DNA from: an uncultured bacterium
Lineage (GTDB): Bacteria; Hinthialibacterota; Hinthialibacteria; OLB16
DNA: 64,000 nt
Assembly: GCA_964481775.1 (NCBI GenBank)
Contig: CAYZUX010000003.1
Span: forward strand, 4,419 to 68,418
Direction of reading: 5' to 3'
Shown here: one piece after another, positions 47,528 to 57,942 of the stretch
Numbering within the stretch: the stretch's first letter is position 1
How the letters are laid out: each line of letters starts with the position of its first letter
The notes under the pieces: generated by a model
Told to the model about the DNA's origin: nothing
The model's database searches: none
What the model saw: only the letters and a program-made list of their open reading frames with translations
Translations under genes and position numbers: made by a program

Positions 47528-49150
47528 ATGAATGAAATTCTGAAGCGGCGGATGGGACGCAGGAATCTGATGAAGGGGGCGTTGGCGATGACAGCAATGC
47601 CACTGGCAGGAAGAGCCTGGGGTGCGTTTTCAGGGGAAGTGGGTTCCAGGGTCAGGAAATTTCACGCCTCGATTTCCATCGATGCCTTCAAGGCGGATCC
47701 GGAACTGCTCGGAATCATCAAGGCCGCTGGAATTGATGAGGTCTGGATCTCGTGTTTTTTCCAGGGCAGCTGGCATCACACGATCGAGGAGGTCAGTGAG
47801 TGGAAAGGACGGATCGAAAAACATGGGATGGCAGTACGTCAAATCACCATCCCCTTTGGCCATCCCACCTTCACCCAGAATGCTCCGGACTACATGCCCT
47901 CGGTCGATATCACCAAGTGGAAACCGGGAAAACGTCCCAACGGGCAGACCTATTATGGAGTCTCGCTTCATCCACCCATCACCGAGGCCAATGTCGAGGC
48001 CATCATGAAGATCAAGACCACCGGGCCTGGAACTATCTTCCTTGATGATGATTTCCGTCTCGCCCCAGGGCCTGGCGACATCGGGGGTTGCTTCTGTGAG
48101 GAACACAAGGCCAGGTTCCTCCAATCGCATGGCTATGGTGAATCTCAATGGCAGGAACTGCTCCATGGCGCGGAAAATCATGTGTACTCACCAATTCTGA
48201 TGCAGTGGGTCACCGCCACCTGTGATGAACTCACCGCCTGCTTCAGAGCCCAACAGGAAGCTGCGCTTCCGGACACGCAACTTGGCATCATGGTCATGTT
48301 TCTCGGGTCCGAGAGAGCGGGTATCCGTCTTCCCGACTACACGGGTGTCCCGATGCGTGTCGGTGAACTGATGTTCGATGACCGTTCCTTCAACCCACTC
48401 AGGGGCAAGACCAACGAGCTGTTCAGTGCCCTGATGCACCGGCGTTTTACACCACCTGAACTGGCTTTCAGCGAAAATACAGCCTGGCCACCGAATGATC
48501 TCTCGGCCTCAAACATGGCCGCGAAACTCTGTATCTCCACCCTTGGGGATATCCGCAACACGATGTTCATGAGTGGGCTCACTCCCTTCCCACGGACTCA
48601 CTGGGCAACGCTGGGGCCCGCGATGAAACGCAATGCCGAAATCCATCAGAAACTAAATGGGCATGTCCCGCGCGGTCCCTTCAAGCACTTCTGGGGTAAA
48701 CGCAGCCGTTATGTGGGCAATGATCAGCCCTACAGCCTGTTCCTCGCCCTTGGAGTGCCTTTCGAGGTCACAGAAGAACTGGCCGCTGACGGTTGGACTT
48801 TCCTTTCCGATTTCGATGTCCAGGCGGCGGCCGCTGGCGAGATCCATACCCAAGGCACAAGGCTTGTCCAGCGTCCCACTCAGCCAGCAGTCAATGCTGA
48901 AGCAATTTCTTTGGCGGAGGAGCTTCCTGCCCTGTTTGCCTGGCGTCAGGAGATTCTGCCTCAACTCAAGGGAATTCCTTATGTCGAGGAGGAGAAAAGC
49001 GTGGTCTGTGGTTGGTATCCCTCAGCGAGGTCAGTGCTTTTATGGAATCTCGATACCAGCCCGCAACCGGTCACGCTCCGACTTAATGAGACTCGGAGGC
49101 CTGTTACTCTTCCTCCGCTGGGTATCGAACTGATCGAAGATTTGGGGTAA
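47528..49150 (+). CDS. Hypothetical Tat-signal protein (possible TIM-barrel glycosidase-like)
   Basis: N-terminus MNEILKRRMGRRNLMKGALAMTAMPLAGRAWG (Tat-like RR). 540 aa, no confident family. Confidence 0.4.
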   Translation: MNEILKRRMGRRNLMKGALAMTAMPLAGRAWGAFSGEVGSRVRKFHASISIDAFKADPELLGIIKAAGIDEVWISCFFQGSWHHTIEEVSEWKGRIEKHGMAVRQITIPFGHPTFTQNAPDYMPSVDITKWKPGKRPNGQTYYGVSLHPPITEANVEAIMKIKTTGPGTIFLDDDFRLAPGPGDIGGCFCEEHKARFLQSHGYGESQWQELLHGAENHVYSPILMQWVTATCDELTACFRAQQEAALPDTQLGIMVMFLGSERAGIRLPDYTGVPMRVGELMFDDRSFNPLRGKTNELFSALMHRRFTPPELAFSENTAWPPNDLSASNMAAKLCISTLGDIRNTMFMSGLTPFPRTHWATLGPAMKRNAEIHQKLNGHVPRGPFKHFWGKRSRYVGNDQPYSLFLALGVPFEVTEELAADGWTFLSDFDVQAAAAGEIHTQGTRLVQRPTQPAVNAEAISLAEELPALFAWRQEILPQLKGIPYVEEEKSVVCGWYPSARSVLLWNLDTSPQPVTLRLNETRRPVTLPPLGIELIEDLG

Positions 49151-49156
49151 GCAGCA

Positions 49157-50893
49157 TTGAGTGAACCATCTGGCTTTTCACTGGGGACCTTGGATTATGC
49201 GGCCTTTGCCGCTTTCTTCATTGCTCTTTCGGTGATTGGTTATTTTACCGGAAGACGGGAGCGGGAGAGTTCGGAATCCTATTTCCTCGCGGGACATCAG
49301 CTTCCCTGGTATGTCATAGGTGGTTCTTTCGTTGCCTCGAATATCAGCAGTGAACATTTCATTGGCATGATCGGCGCGGCCTATGTTTATGGGATCTGTG
49401 TCGCCGTGTCGGAATGGGCGAATGTCTTCACGTTTTCACTGCTTATCTGGTTCTTTATTCCATTTTTGATGGCTTCTCGCGTATTCACCATGCCGGAGTT
49501 TCTGGAACGGCGATTCTGTCCCTCGTTGCGTCAATTTTTTGCACTCGTGACTGTGATCAGTAATGTCGTCGCCTTCCTCGCTGCGGTGCTTTATGGTGGT
49601 GCCTTGGCGCTACAGGAACTGTTCGGGTGGCCATTGTGGTTCTCCATCATCACTTTGGGCATTGTCGCCGGAGCATGGGCCATTTATGGAGGACTCTCCT
49701 CGGTGGCCTGGATCGACTTTTTCACCATCCTGGTCATGATTGCGGGAGGCGCAGTGGTTACTATTCTCGCGCTCCAGGCAGTTTCAGGGGATTCAGGGTC
49801 GATCGTGGAGGGATTCAGAAAAACACTGGAGGCCAACCGCGCCAGCGAGGGTGTCTGGAAACAGGCGGTTGACGCCAAGAGCCAGATCCTCGCTGGAACT
49901 GACACCTATAACCGTCTCTCGGTCATTCAACCCGCTACCCACCAGCTGTGGCCCTGGCCAGCCATCATCTTCGCCACCTTCTCGTTGAGCCTGTGGTACA
50001 ATGTCCTCAACCAGTTCATGATCCAAAGGGTACTCGGCGCAAAAAACATTTACCATGCCCGCATGGGGATTGTGCTGGCTGGTTTTCTCAAACTCATTCT
50101 TCCCGCCATCATCGTCCTGCCGGGACTGGTATTGTTTGCGCTGCATCCAGAGGTCTTGCTGCTACCCTGGGACCAGGTCCAGCCTCAAGCAGACCGTGGG
50201 TATGTGCGTCTGCTGGAAACGATCGTTCCTGTCGGATTGCGTGGACTTTTTCTTGCAGCCCTGTTCGGAGCGATCCAGTCGACTGTCAACTCGGTTTTGA
50301 ACTCTACCGCAACCATCATCACGCTGGACTTCTACAAGGAGGTCATCCATCCCAAGGCCACAGACGAACGTCTGGTGAGAGTGGGTGTCTGGAGTTCCGC
50401 GGTGGTCCTGGTGATCGCAATGGTACTGGCTGGTTTCATACAGGCCCTCAGTGGTGGTCTCTTTGTCTACATTCAATCGTTGTACGCCTTTTTCGCGCCA
50501 CCCTTCGCGGCGATCTTCCTGCTTGGAATCGCCTGGCGGAGAATCAATGCCACCGGGGCCACCTGGGCCGTTTTTCTGGGATTCGCTTTTGGGATTGGAA
50601 TCAAAGTCTTCCTGCAATTCTCGGAGGATCCCCCTCCCTGGCTGGTTCCGTTCTTCAACCAGTCCATCCTGAATTGGATTTTCTGTGTGGTGGTCTGTAT
50701 CACTGTCAGTCTAACGACAGAGCCACCACCCGCCGAAAAAATCAACGATCAACTCACCTTCAACTGGCAGAAGATGAACATCTACGAGGGGTTGGGAGAC
50801 CATTGGTACAGCAGCGTGGTAACCTGGTGGCTGATTTTCGCGTTAGGGATCCTCGGATTGGGAGTTTATTTTTCCGGTCTCTTATTTGGCTGA
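49157..50893 (+). CDS. Sodium:solute symporter (SSS/SLC5) family transporter
   Basis: ...LDYAAFAAFFIALSVIGYFTGRR...ESYFLAGHQLPWYVIGGSFVASNISSEHFIGMIGAAY... is the SSS N-terminal signature; roughly 13 predicted TM segments. The only in-frame starts after the upstream stop are TTG 49157 and TTG 49190, so a TTG initiation codon is inferred. Confidence 0.75.
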   Translation: MSEPSGFSLGTLDYAAFAAFFIALSVIGYFTGRRERESSESYFLAGHQLPWYVIGGSFVASNISSEHFIGMIGAAYVYGICVAVSEWANVFTFSLLIWFFIPFLMASRVFTMPEFLERRFCPSLRQFFALVTVISNVVAFLAAVLYGGALALQELFGWPLWFSIITLGIVAGAWAIYGGLSSVAWIDFFTILVMIAGGAVVTILALQAVSGDSGSIVEGFRKTLEANRASEGVWKQAVDAKSQILAGTDTYNRLSVIQPATHQLWPWPAIIFATFSLSLWYNVLNQFMIQRVLGAKNIYHARMGIVLAGFLKLILPAIIVLPGLVLFALHPEVLLLPWDQVQPQADRGYVRLLETIVPVGLRGLFLAALFGAIQSTVNSVLNSTATIITLDFYKEVIHPKATDERLVRVGVWSSAVVLVIAMVLAGFIQALSGGLFVYIQSLYAFFAPPFAAIFLLGIAWRRINATGATWAVFLGFAFGIGIKVFLQFSEDPPPWLVPFFNQSILNWIFCVVVCITVSLTTEPPPAEKINDQLTFNWQKMNIYEGLGDHWYSSVVTWWLIFALGILGLGVYFSGLLFG

Positions 50894-52189
50894 TAGATCG
50901 ACACAAATCAACTCCTTGTCGCTGCGGGCATAGACACAGCGATTGGCAAAGGCCGGATGTGACCAGCAAATCGGAGCCTCGCGTTGCGTCATTTCGGTGG
51001 TTGGCTCGATAAGCCGGGCACGGCTGATGACATTGACTCCCTCGGGAGACAAACGGGCGATGATCAGATCACCATTCTCGCTGAATAAAAAGTATCGGTC
51101 TCCATTGCGGACCATGTGGATATTCCCCCAGCGGACATTGGGAACCACGGTCAGGTTTTCCCAGATCCGATCCCCATTGGAGGCATTGAGGCAGCGCAGC
51201 TGTCCATAACTGTCGACTCCATAGATGAAGTCTCCATCGAGAATCGGTGTGGAGATGATCGAGTGGAGGCTGTCGGTTTTGTTCTCATTCTTGCCCTGGC
51301 GTCTCCAGATTTCCTCCACTTCGAATTTGTCCTGCTTCAACTGGACCAGAAGAGAACCATCATAAAACGAGCTGACCAGAATGCGGTCCTTGTTCACAAC
51401 CGGGGTGGCCACATTGATCACCATGCGCGATGGTTTGAAGGGAACTGTCCAAAGGACCTTTCCATTCGAAGGGTCAAGGCCTGAAAGGCTCCTTCCAGTC
51501 CAACAAACCAACACCTTTTTCCCCGCCTGATCCACCAGGACTGGGGCTGAATACGAAGCCGGTTCATCAAGTGCACGCCATTTCTCACTTCCTGTTTTCT
51601 TATCAAGCCCCACCACACAGGCGCCATTGACGCCCCCAATGTGCAGGATCACCAGATCACCATAGACAAGTGGAGAAGCGGCGATTCCCCAGATGGGCAG
51701 ATCGATGTGGTATTCGCTCTTGAGGTCACGCTGCCAGATCACTTTCCCTGTTGCTGCCTCCAGGCAGTGTGCATGCCCCATGGTCCCCAGGGCGTAGGCA
51801 TATCCCCCATCAATGGAGACCGAGGCGCGTGGCCCCAAGGGGTAATCGACCTGATAGGGGCAGGCATAGGAATGCGACCAGATCTGTTTTCCGGTGGCAG
51901 CCTCGAAACAGAGGATACGTTCCTGCTCAGTGGGATCGACCACCCGGTCAGTCAGATAGACACGCCCTTCCGCGACAGTTGGACCACTGAATCCACTTCC
52001 CACAGGAGCCTCCCAGACTGGTTGAAGGATCTCAGAGGAAAACTTTTCGACGATCCCAGTTTCATTCCAGACTCCATCCCGTCCAGCTCCGCGCCACTGG
52101 GGCCAATCCTCCGCGGAAGTGTCCACGGCAATGAGACCGGAAAGAAGGAAAAGGGTGAACAGCAAAAGGCAGTGCAACAATCTGGGCAT
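50882..52189 (-). CDS. PQQ-like (BamB-type) beta-propeller repeat protein, secreted
   Basis: Signal peptide MPRLLHCLLLFTLFLLSGLIA; repeated blades with WQRDL, GRVYLTD, GDLVILHIGG and GDFIYGVDSYGQLRCL motifs. It is convergent with, and overlaps by 12 nt, the SSS transporter. Confidence 0.6.
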   Translation of the reverse strand: MPRLLHCLLLFTLFLLSGLIAVDTSAEDWPQWRGAGRDGVWNETGIVEKFSSEILQPVWEAPVGSGFSGPTVAEGRVYLTDRVVDPTEQERILCFEAATGKQIWSHSYACPYQVDYPLGPRASVSIDGGYAYALGTMGHAHCLEAATGKVIWQRDLKSEYHIDLPIWGIAASPLVYGDLVILHIGGVNGACVVGLDKKTGSEKWRALDEPASYSAPVLVDQAGKKVLVCWTGRSLSGLDPSNGKVLWTVPFKPSRMVINVATPVVNKDRILVSSFYDGSLLVQLKQDKFEVEEIWRRQGKNENKTDSLHSIISTPILDGDFIYGVDSYGQLRCLNASNGDRIWENLTVVPNVRWGNIHMVRNGDRYFLFSENGDLIIARLSPEGVNVISRARLIEPTTEMTQREAPICWSHPAFANRCVYARSDKELICVDLSAK

Positions 52190-52281
52190 GGAAGTTCAAA
52201 AGGTCCTTTCGGTGTGAGTGACCTCATTTTGATCAGAAAAAAAGGTGAAGGCTAGTGGCAGGCTGGAGAAAAAGGTGTGGA

Positions 52282-52653
52282 TCAGGTTTCTGAGGAGTCA
52301 TCCTCTGACTGGCCATAGCCGAGAGAACGCAGGAATCCATCGATATCGAGGCCGGATTCCGGAAGGGCGCGGTTTGGGGAAAAGTGGAGAGGATCGCGTA
52401 TGAAGGCCCGCTGGCAACGTGGACAAAGATCGAGATTGATGAGCTTGTAGACTGTCTCTTCCACCTCACGCGGATCCCGGCTGCAGAGCTGATCGATCAA
52501 TGCACGGATCTCCGCATCGTGATCCCGCACCAGGTCAGCCAGACCGATTTCAATTTCATCATACGCCGCACGCACATCGATCTTTACTGTATAGCGAAGA
52601 TCATGCTTCTTCAGTAGCGCACCACATCCATCGCAGGTGATCGAAATCATCAC
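52282..52653 (-). CDS. Small zinc-ribbon-like protein (two CxxC pairs), hypothetical
   Basis: 123 aa; CDGC near the N-terminus and CPRC about 70 aa later. It lies 20 nt downstream of the Cys-rich protein gene (likely co-transcribed). Confidence 0.45.
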   Translation of the reverse strand: MMISITCDGCGALLKKHDLRYTVKIDVRAAYDEIEIGLADLVRDHDAEIRALIDQLCSRDPREVEETVYKLINLDLCPRCQRAFIRDPLHFSPNRALPESGLDIDGFLRSLGYGQSEDDSSET

Positions 52654-52673
52654 GCATCCCCCTCGAGGGGATT

Positions 52674-54041
52674 CTATTCATTCCGCAACCAATGATCGAT
52701 CCCGGATGTTTTGTCGATTCGACCGTTCAAACCGAAAGCGGCCTCCTCTTCGAGAACCGGGCAGGTGACTGGCTCAAATTCAATGCCGATACCCGCATGG
52801 AACAGCGAGGGATCCCGGGTTTCATTTCCCTCGATCCCATCCAGCAGGTTATAGAGAGGGCAGCCCGAGAGGATATGTCCCATAGGACCATTGCAGGGGA
52901 GATCCATCTCCGCGGTGCAAAGACAGACATGAAAAGGTTCACTGGAAAGGATGAAGATACCACCTGGGTATTTGTCATCACGGACAACGCAGAAGATCCT
53001 CTTGCCTTGTTCGTTCAGGCAGGTTTCCAGCTGAGAAACAAGGAGTTCGGGGATCACCTCGCAGAGGCTTGCCGACTTGGTTCGTCTGACCACCAGACTT
53101 AAGGTGCACTGGGAAACACTTTCACCACACACAGCCGGTTCGCAGTCATTTTCATCATAGGCACCAATCCCGAATTTGAGCTGCAACGATCCCTCATCCA
53201 CAGGAAACTGTCCGGTACAACTGAAAATCAGGTGCGCGGCATAATCACAGACACAAGGTGCCTCTTCCGTGGGAGTAGGGGTCAGGGTAGGTGTAGAGAC
53301 CAGTGTATTCGTTGGGGTACCGGTAGGAAGAGGAGTGAAGGTGGAGGTGGGTGGAGGCGCCTGGGTCCAGGTCATAGTGGGAAACGGGGTCTCCGTCGGT
53401 GTCAGGTCTGGACAGACAGCGGGGAAAACCTCAATACCGATGCCCGAATGGAACTCCTCCCACAGGTGGACCTCGTTTCCTTCGATCCCATCCAGCAGGT
53501 TATAAACCGGGCAGTGATCGATCATCAAACCTGTGGTTCCATCACACGGAAATCCTGCCTCGAGGGCACACAACCCGATGTGGAAGGGTTCACTGGACTC
53601 GATAAACAACCCACGGGGATCTTTCTCATCAGGCTTCACACAGAGAATACCCCGTGCATTCATGGCAAGACATTCCGTGAGTTGGGCCACGAGAATCGAA
53701 GGGATGACCTGACAGGGGTTCGCGGATTTTTCCTGTGGAGGAACAAGGGAAAGAGTGCATTCGGCCAATGCTTTTCCGAGGACAAAGGGTTCACACTCAG
53801 TTTCCGCGTATTCACCCAAAAGGAAACTGAGTTTGAGGAACCCTTCTTCGATGGAAAACTGACCCGTACATTCAAAAAGGATGTGGACCGCATAACGGCA
53901 ATCGCACTCGCTTGGCTCCAAGGGGGTCTGTGTGACGGTTGGATCGGGTGCGGATTTGGGTTGGGTTGCCTGAATGGAGGTCCATGTCAGTCCGAGTCCA
54001 AGCAGAATTACCAGCAGCCAGTACAAAGTTTTTGATGACAT
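52674..54041 (-). CDS. Secreted cysteine-rich protein with two tandem ~180-aa homologous domains joined by a Pro/Thr linker
   Basis: Signal peptide, then domain 1 (ECDCRYAVHILFECTGQFSIEEG...CPVYNLLDGIEGNE...), a PT-rich linker (TQAPPPTSTFTPLPTGTPTNTLVSTPTLTPTPTEE) and domain 2 (PCVCDYAAHLIFSCTGQFPVDEG...CPLYNLLDGIEGNE...). There are about 14 conserved Cys per domain. No known family recognised. Confidence 0.55.
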   Translation of the reverse strand: MSSKTLYWLLVILLGLGLTWTSIQATQPKSAPDPTVTQTPLEPSECDCRYAVHILFECTGQFSIEEGFLKLSFLLGEYAETECEPFVLGKALAECTLSLVPPQEKSANPCQVIPSILVAQLTECLAMNARGILCVKPDEKDPRGLFIESSEPFHIGLCALEAGFPCDGTTGLMIDHCPVYNLLDGIEGNEVHLWEEFHSGIGIEVFPAVCPDLTPTETPFPTMTWTQAPPPTSTFTPLPTGTPTNTLVSTPTLTPTPTEEAPCVCDYAAHLIFSCTGQFPVDEGSLQLKFGIGAYDENDCEPAVCGESVSQCTLSLVVRRTKSASLCEVIPELLVSQLETCLNEQGKRIFCVVRDDKYPGGIFILSSEPFHVCLCTAEMDLPCNGPMGHILSGCPLYNLLDGIEGNETRDPSLFHAGIGIEFEPVTCPVLEEEAAFGLNGRIDKTSGIDHWLRNE

Positions 54042-54300
54042 GAGATCATTCCTTTCAACTCAATACCAAATGAGAACACACAGTTGCATTTCGAGAATTT
54101 TGGATCAGACACAACCAACCACTGATTAAATATCGCAAAAAACACACCGGTACCTTACCGAGTCGATGTTTCATAAAGTAATTTCAATATCTAAAGGGAG
54201 TTATGTTCTACTCTCCCCACCTGAATCCTGAGTCCCCAATCATCCTGATCGGGCGAATAGTTGTTCACCGGGGATGAATAAGTTGTTCAAGAAGGTGTAC

Positions 54301-55518
54301 CTACTTCGTATTGGATTCCATGACAGGAAAAGGAGTCTGCTTGAAGGAACGGACCTGGCTTTTCCCGAAGAAGTGAAGATCCGCATAATCAAGAAGAGCA
54401 TTCCAGTCCTCGGCATTATGTTCATGCTTGCCTTCGCGGTAGTGGATTCCATTCTTTCCGGGTACTCCAAGGAACTCAAAAACAGGCATGGCCGCCAGGT
54501 AAGTGGCCTGGGTTCCGGGCGGGTTCGCCCAGTGGTCACCCAAAGCATCTGTGCTGAGGAGTGCTCTGGGAGCCACGAGCACTTTCAGGAAGTGCTGATC
54601 GAAGGGAAGCCGGGTCTCCTTGTCCGCAAAGGTTCGGAAACGAGGATGAAACCAATAAGCGAAACGATTGGGATCGGTGATCACCGCCAAGGTTTCGGAG
54701 CCTTCCCCCTCGATCCGGTAACAACCCGCGCCACCACAACCCGAACCATTGGGAGCCACCAGGGTAATCCGTTCATCCAAGGCACCCGCAAGCAAGGCTG
54801 TCTTCCCACCCCGTGAGTGGCCAGTCATGGCAATCTTTCCCTTGTCCACACAGTCCAGGGTGTAAAGGTAGTCCACCAGACGGCTCCCGCCCCAGGCCCA
54901 CACCGCCAGAGTAGCCCAGTCATATTCGGGATAGGCCTTTTGAGCACAACCTACGACATCTCTCTCATCCGGATCGAGGTCAGTTCGTTGATATTCGGCG
55001 ATCATGTAGCCGCGTTTAAGAATCTCTTCTTCGATGGGGATATGTCCGAGTTTGTTCGTGTTTTGAGCTAAAACCGGCAAGGGGTGAGCGCTCTTGGGGA
55101 TGACTGTCCGGATGTTACAGGTCACCTGATGCCCAGGGCCCATCGAGAGCAGCAGACGCTTTTCGTCAGCCAAACCGCCATAAACCACAGCAAAGGATAT
55201 CTCTTTAATCTCCAGATTATCTGGCGCGGGCGGCATGTGACCATATTCATAGTAGAGGATCATGGCTTTGATTTCCTCGCGCCGTTTATTCCAGTCCTCC
55301 ACATTTTTGACTGGCGAGCCATCTTTCATCACCAGGGGATTGGGAAGGTCCTGGATGACCGGGAGTTGTTCCACAGGGGGAAAACTGGTTCCTTCCGTTA
55401 TGGCACCGCAGAGAGAAGCGGGGGAGAAGAACAAGCCCATGGCAAGCAGGGAGAGAATGGGAACCGAACTCTTCAGGAAAGGGAGTAGATTGTTGAGAGA
55501 GTTGACAGAGTCGGACAT
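54301..55518 (-). CDS. Carbohydrate esterase family 15 (glucuronoyl esterase)-like alpha/beta hydrolase, secreted
   Basis: Nucleophile elbow IAMTGHSRGGKTAL matches the bacterial CE15 G-x-S-R-x-G motif. A signal-peptide-like N-terminus begins at MSDSVNSLNNLLPFLKSSVPILSLLAMG (track ORF extends to 55542). Confidence 0.5.
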   Translation of the reverse strand: MSDSVNSLNNLLPFLKSSVPILSLLAMGLFFSPASLCGAITEGTSFPPVEQLPVIQDLPNPLVMKDGSPVKNVEDWNKRREEIKAMILYYEYGHMPPAPDNLEIKEISFAVVYGGLADEKRLLLSMGPGHQVTCNIRTVIPKSAHPLPVLAQNTNKLGHIPIEEEILKRGYMIAEYQRTDLDPDERDVVGCAQKAYPEYDWATLAVWAWGGSRLVDYLYTLDCVDKGKIAMTGHSRGGKTALLAGALDERITLVAPNGSGCGGAGCYRIEGEGSETLAVITDPNRFAYWFHPRFRTFADKETRLPFDQHFLKVLVAPRALLSTDALGDHWANPPGTQATYLAAMPVFEFLGVPGKNGIHYREGKHEHNAEDWNALLDYADLHFFGKSQVRSFKQTPFPVMESNTK

Positions 55519-55593
55519 TTTCTGGAGACCTCCTGGACGCATCGTATGAACCTATTATGAAGTCAGGAGTCCACCATGGAATAGCCCAGCGGC

Positions 55594-55679
55594 GGAGTAG
55601 CGAATTTATTCGCTTTGCGATACGAAGCACGTAGTGCTCTGTAGAAGTGACACACGGCGAATGAATTCGCTACTTCTCC
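55594..55679. repeat. Palindromic intergenic repeat, copy 4 (GGAGTAGCGAATTTATTCGC...CGGCGAATGAATTCGCTACTTCTCC)
   Basis: Same terminal inverted repeats, slightly degenerate right end. It lies between the thioesterase stop and the CE15 start. Confidence 0.75.
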
Positions 55680-55692
55680 GCCAGGAAAAGTC

Positions 55693-56103
55693 TCACCCAA
55701 AGGTCTCCAGCAGCGAGTCCCGTTTACGGTAAGCCACACCATGAAAGACAGCGATCAGGTTTTCCTGCTCATCGGTGATTTTGATGTCATAAAACCCGAG
55801 TGACTTTTCGGCGGACACCTCCGAGGCCACCGCCTGGAGCACTCCCGTGGTTGCCGCGCGGATGTAACTGATGCTGGCTTGGGCTGCGACCGCGATGTTG
55901 CCATGAGAATTGCAGGCCGCCGCGAAGGCAAAATCAGCCAGAGAAAAGAGCGCGCCGCCATGGACGGTACGAACCCCATTGAGATGCTCCTCCCTGACCT
56001 CCATCCGCGCAACAGCGCTGCCCTTCCCCACCTCCAAAAGCTCGATGCCGAGATACTGTGCAAGCTTGTCATGCTCCTGGAAGAATTTTTTAATCTGTTC
56101 CAC
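55693..56103 (-). CDS. PaaI/hotdog-fold acyl-CoA thioesterase
   Basis: ...LGIELLEVGKGSAVARMEVREEHLNGVRTVHGGALFSLADFAFAAACNS... is the PaaI-family core. The GTG start at 56103 is preceded by GGAGGAAG (6-nt spacer) and gives a typical 136-aa product. The track ORF start at 56199 would overlap the upstream gene by 110 nt. Confidence 0.65.
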   Translation of the reverse strand: MEQIKKFFQEHDKLAQYLGIELLEVGKGSAVARMEVREEHLNGVRTVHGGALFSLADFAFAAACNSHGNIAVAAQASISYIRAATTGVLQAVASEVSAEKSLGFYDIKITDEQENLIAVFHGVAYRKRDSLLETFG

Positions 56104-57682
56104 CGCTGTCTTCCTCCATTGCGTATTTTCTGACTGTACGCCAATCGGCATCGAGTCTCCGGGAGGCCTCCTGATAAGATCCCGCCAGGCGGATGGCATG
56201 ACGACAATACCCTCGTATCACTTCATCCAGACTGACTTCGGCTCTTTCCATCCGTTGAAGCAACCGGCCCAGAACCGACCTCTCAGTTCTTTCCCCCACT
56301 GGGGGATCATAATCCGAGGCCACCAGGAGTGTCCGGACACATTGTTCGAACTCACGGACATTCCCCGGCCAGGGGTAACCCGACGAGATCAAGTCTCCGA
56401 TCTTTTGCTCCAAGTCCGCAAGCACCTCCGCATCCACATGACCTAATGCCTTCTCCAGAAAATGGGGAAGCAGAACAGATGCTTCATCCGCACGTTCCTC
56501 GAGACGTTGCTGGAGCGGAGGGACACGGATCACGGTGGCCCCGATGCGGTAGAGGAAATCCTCCCGCATTCGTCCCTCCGCCACAAGAGCAGGGAGTTCC
56601 CGGTTGGTCGCGGAGAGGATACGTCCCTTGAAGTAACGTGGAGTCCTTTCTCCAAGTGGGTAGAACTCGCGTGATTGAAGAACCCTGAGGAGTTTGACCT
56701 GAATTTCAGGGGAAAGGTCTCCGATTTCATCGAGAAACAGCGCACCATATTCGGAGCACAGTTCGAGATGCCCTTTCGAGGCCGCACCAGCACCGGTGAA
56801 GGCCCCCTTGGCATGGCCAAAGAGCTCCGCCTCGATGAGCGTGGGGGTGAGTGCAGAAAGGTTCACCGCACGGTAACCCTGCGTGAAGTTCAAAGCAAAA
56901 CGATCCTCACGCGGGAGGTAAGGAATGAATTGGGAGGTCCCGATCGCCTCGGCGACCAGGTCTTTTCCAGTCCCCGATTTCCCCAGAATGAGAGTCGAAA
57001 AATTGGCCATCCGGTCCTTGAGATACTGGAAGCTCCACAGCAGCCTGCGTGTGAAGATCGATTCCCACACCGACTCGCGCAGCTGGGCGATACAGGGGGA
57101 GACTCCGACAATGCGTCGCACAATCCCCAGGAATCCCCGGCGTAGTTGGAAACAGAATGCGAAGACATCCGCAATATCGACTTCATTCATCGACAGCGGT
57201 TCGTCACGGTAGCCGGGGCCCTCCACTAATCTAAAAAAACTGCTGAGGTCCGCCCGGAAATTTTTGAAGATTTCATTTCCAACTCGCGGTTCCTGATCGG
57301 GATTCGACCCACAGACATGAACATGCTGATCCAGGGCCTCACGGTAACGGGTATAGATCCAGATCCAGACCCCATTTCGCAGCAGGATCCGGTCTTCCCT
57401 GGGGAACCGGCTCCAGTCGCTGCGCGGCTCCTTGCTGAGAGAGGTCAGGCAATCATCGAGCCGGCGTGCAATCTCGACCGACCGCTTCTGCCATTCCTCC
57501 CAGTTCGAGAGATTGAGCGGATCAGTTGTGAAGGATTGACCGGTGAGTTGAGACTCCAGATCGACACGCTCCGCCCCGAAGGGATTGGACTCAGTGGAGG
57601 CGGTCACCAGTTCCAGAAACTGGCGATGATCGGGAGGGAGTTTGTCTTTCATTTTCCTGTTCCCTCCTGGCTGAGTATACAT
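56090..57682 (-). CDS. Sigma54-dependent transcriptional activator (bEBP) with an uncharacterised non-receiver N-terminal domain
   Basis: AAA+ sigma54-interaction module: Walker A GKSGTGKD, the GAFTGA motif (ELFGHAKGAFTGAGA) and a C-terminal HTH region. The N-terminal ~225 aa lack receiver-domain Asp/Lys signatures. Confidence 0.8.
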   Translation of the reverse strand: MYTQPGGNRKMKDKLPPDHRQFLELVTASTESNPFGAERVDLESQLTGQSFTTDPLNLSNWEEWQKRSVEIARRLDDCLTSLSKEPRSDWSRFPREDRILLRNGVWIWIYTRYREALDQHVHVCGSNPDQEPRVGNEIFKNFRADLSSFFRLVEGPGYRDEPLSMNEVDIADVFAFCFQLRRGFLGIVRRIVGVSPCIAQLRESVWESIFTRRLLWSFQYLKDRMANFSTLILGKSGTGKDLVAEAIGTSQFIPYLPREDRFALNFTQGYRAVNLSALTPTLIEAELFGHAKGAFTGAGAASKGHLELCSEYGALFLDEIGDLSPEIQVKLLRVLQSREFYPLGERTPRYFKGRILSATNRELPALVAEGRMREDFLYRIGATVIRVPPLQQRLEERADEASVLLPHFLEKALGHVDAEVLADLEQKIGDLISSGYPWPGNVREFEQCVRTLLVASDYDPPVGERTERSVLGRLLQRMERAEVSLDEVIRGYCRHAIRLAGSYQEASRRLDADWRTVRKYAMEEDSGGTD

Positions 57683-57942
57683 GTTTTGCAGTTGCTGGAT
57701 ACAGGTTTTGCCTCATCTTCTCTTCTTCATAAGGAAAGCCATCCAGGCAAGACGAAAACTAAACCCAATGTTTTCCTTATGTTAGGTGGATCATCATGCC
57801 TGTTATGCCAATCGGCATCCTCCCTGCTCTATCCACTGCAGGGGAAGGCAGAAAGGCTTCCCGGGATTTGCGGAGTCATTCATGCCACATATCAACAAAA
57901 TTAAGACATACAGATGGAGAGCCGTGGTGTTCTCTAACACAT

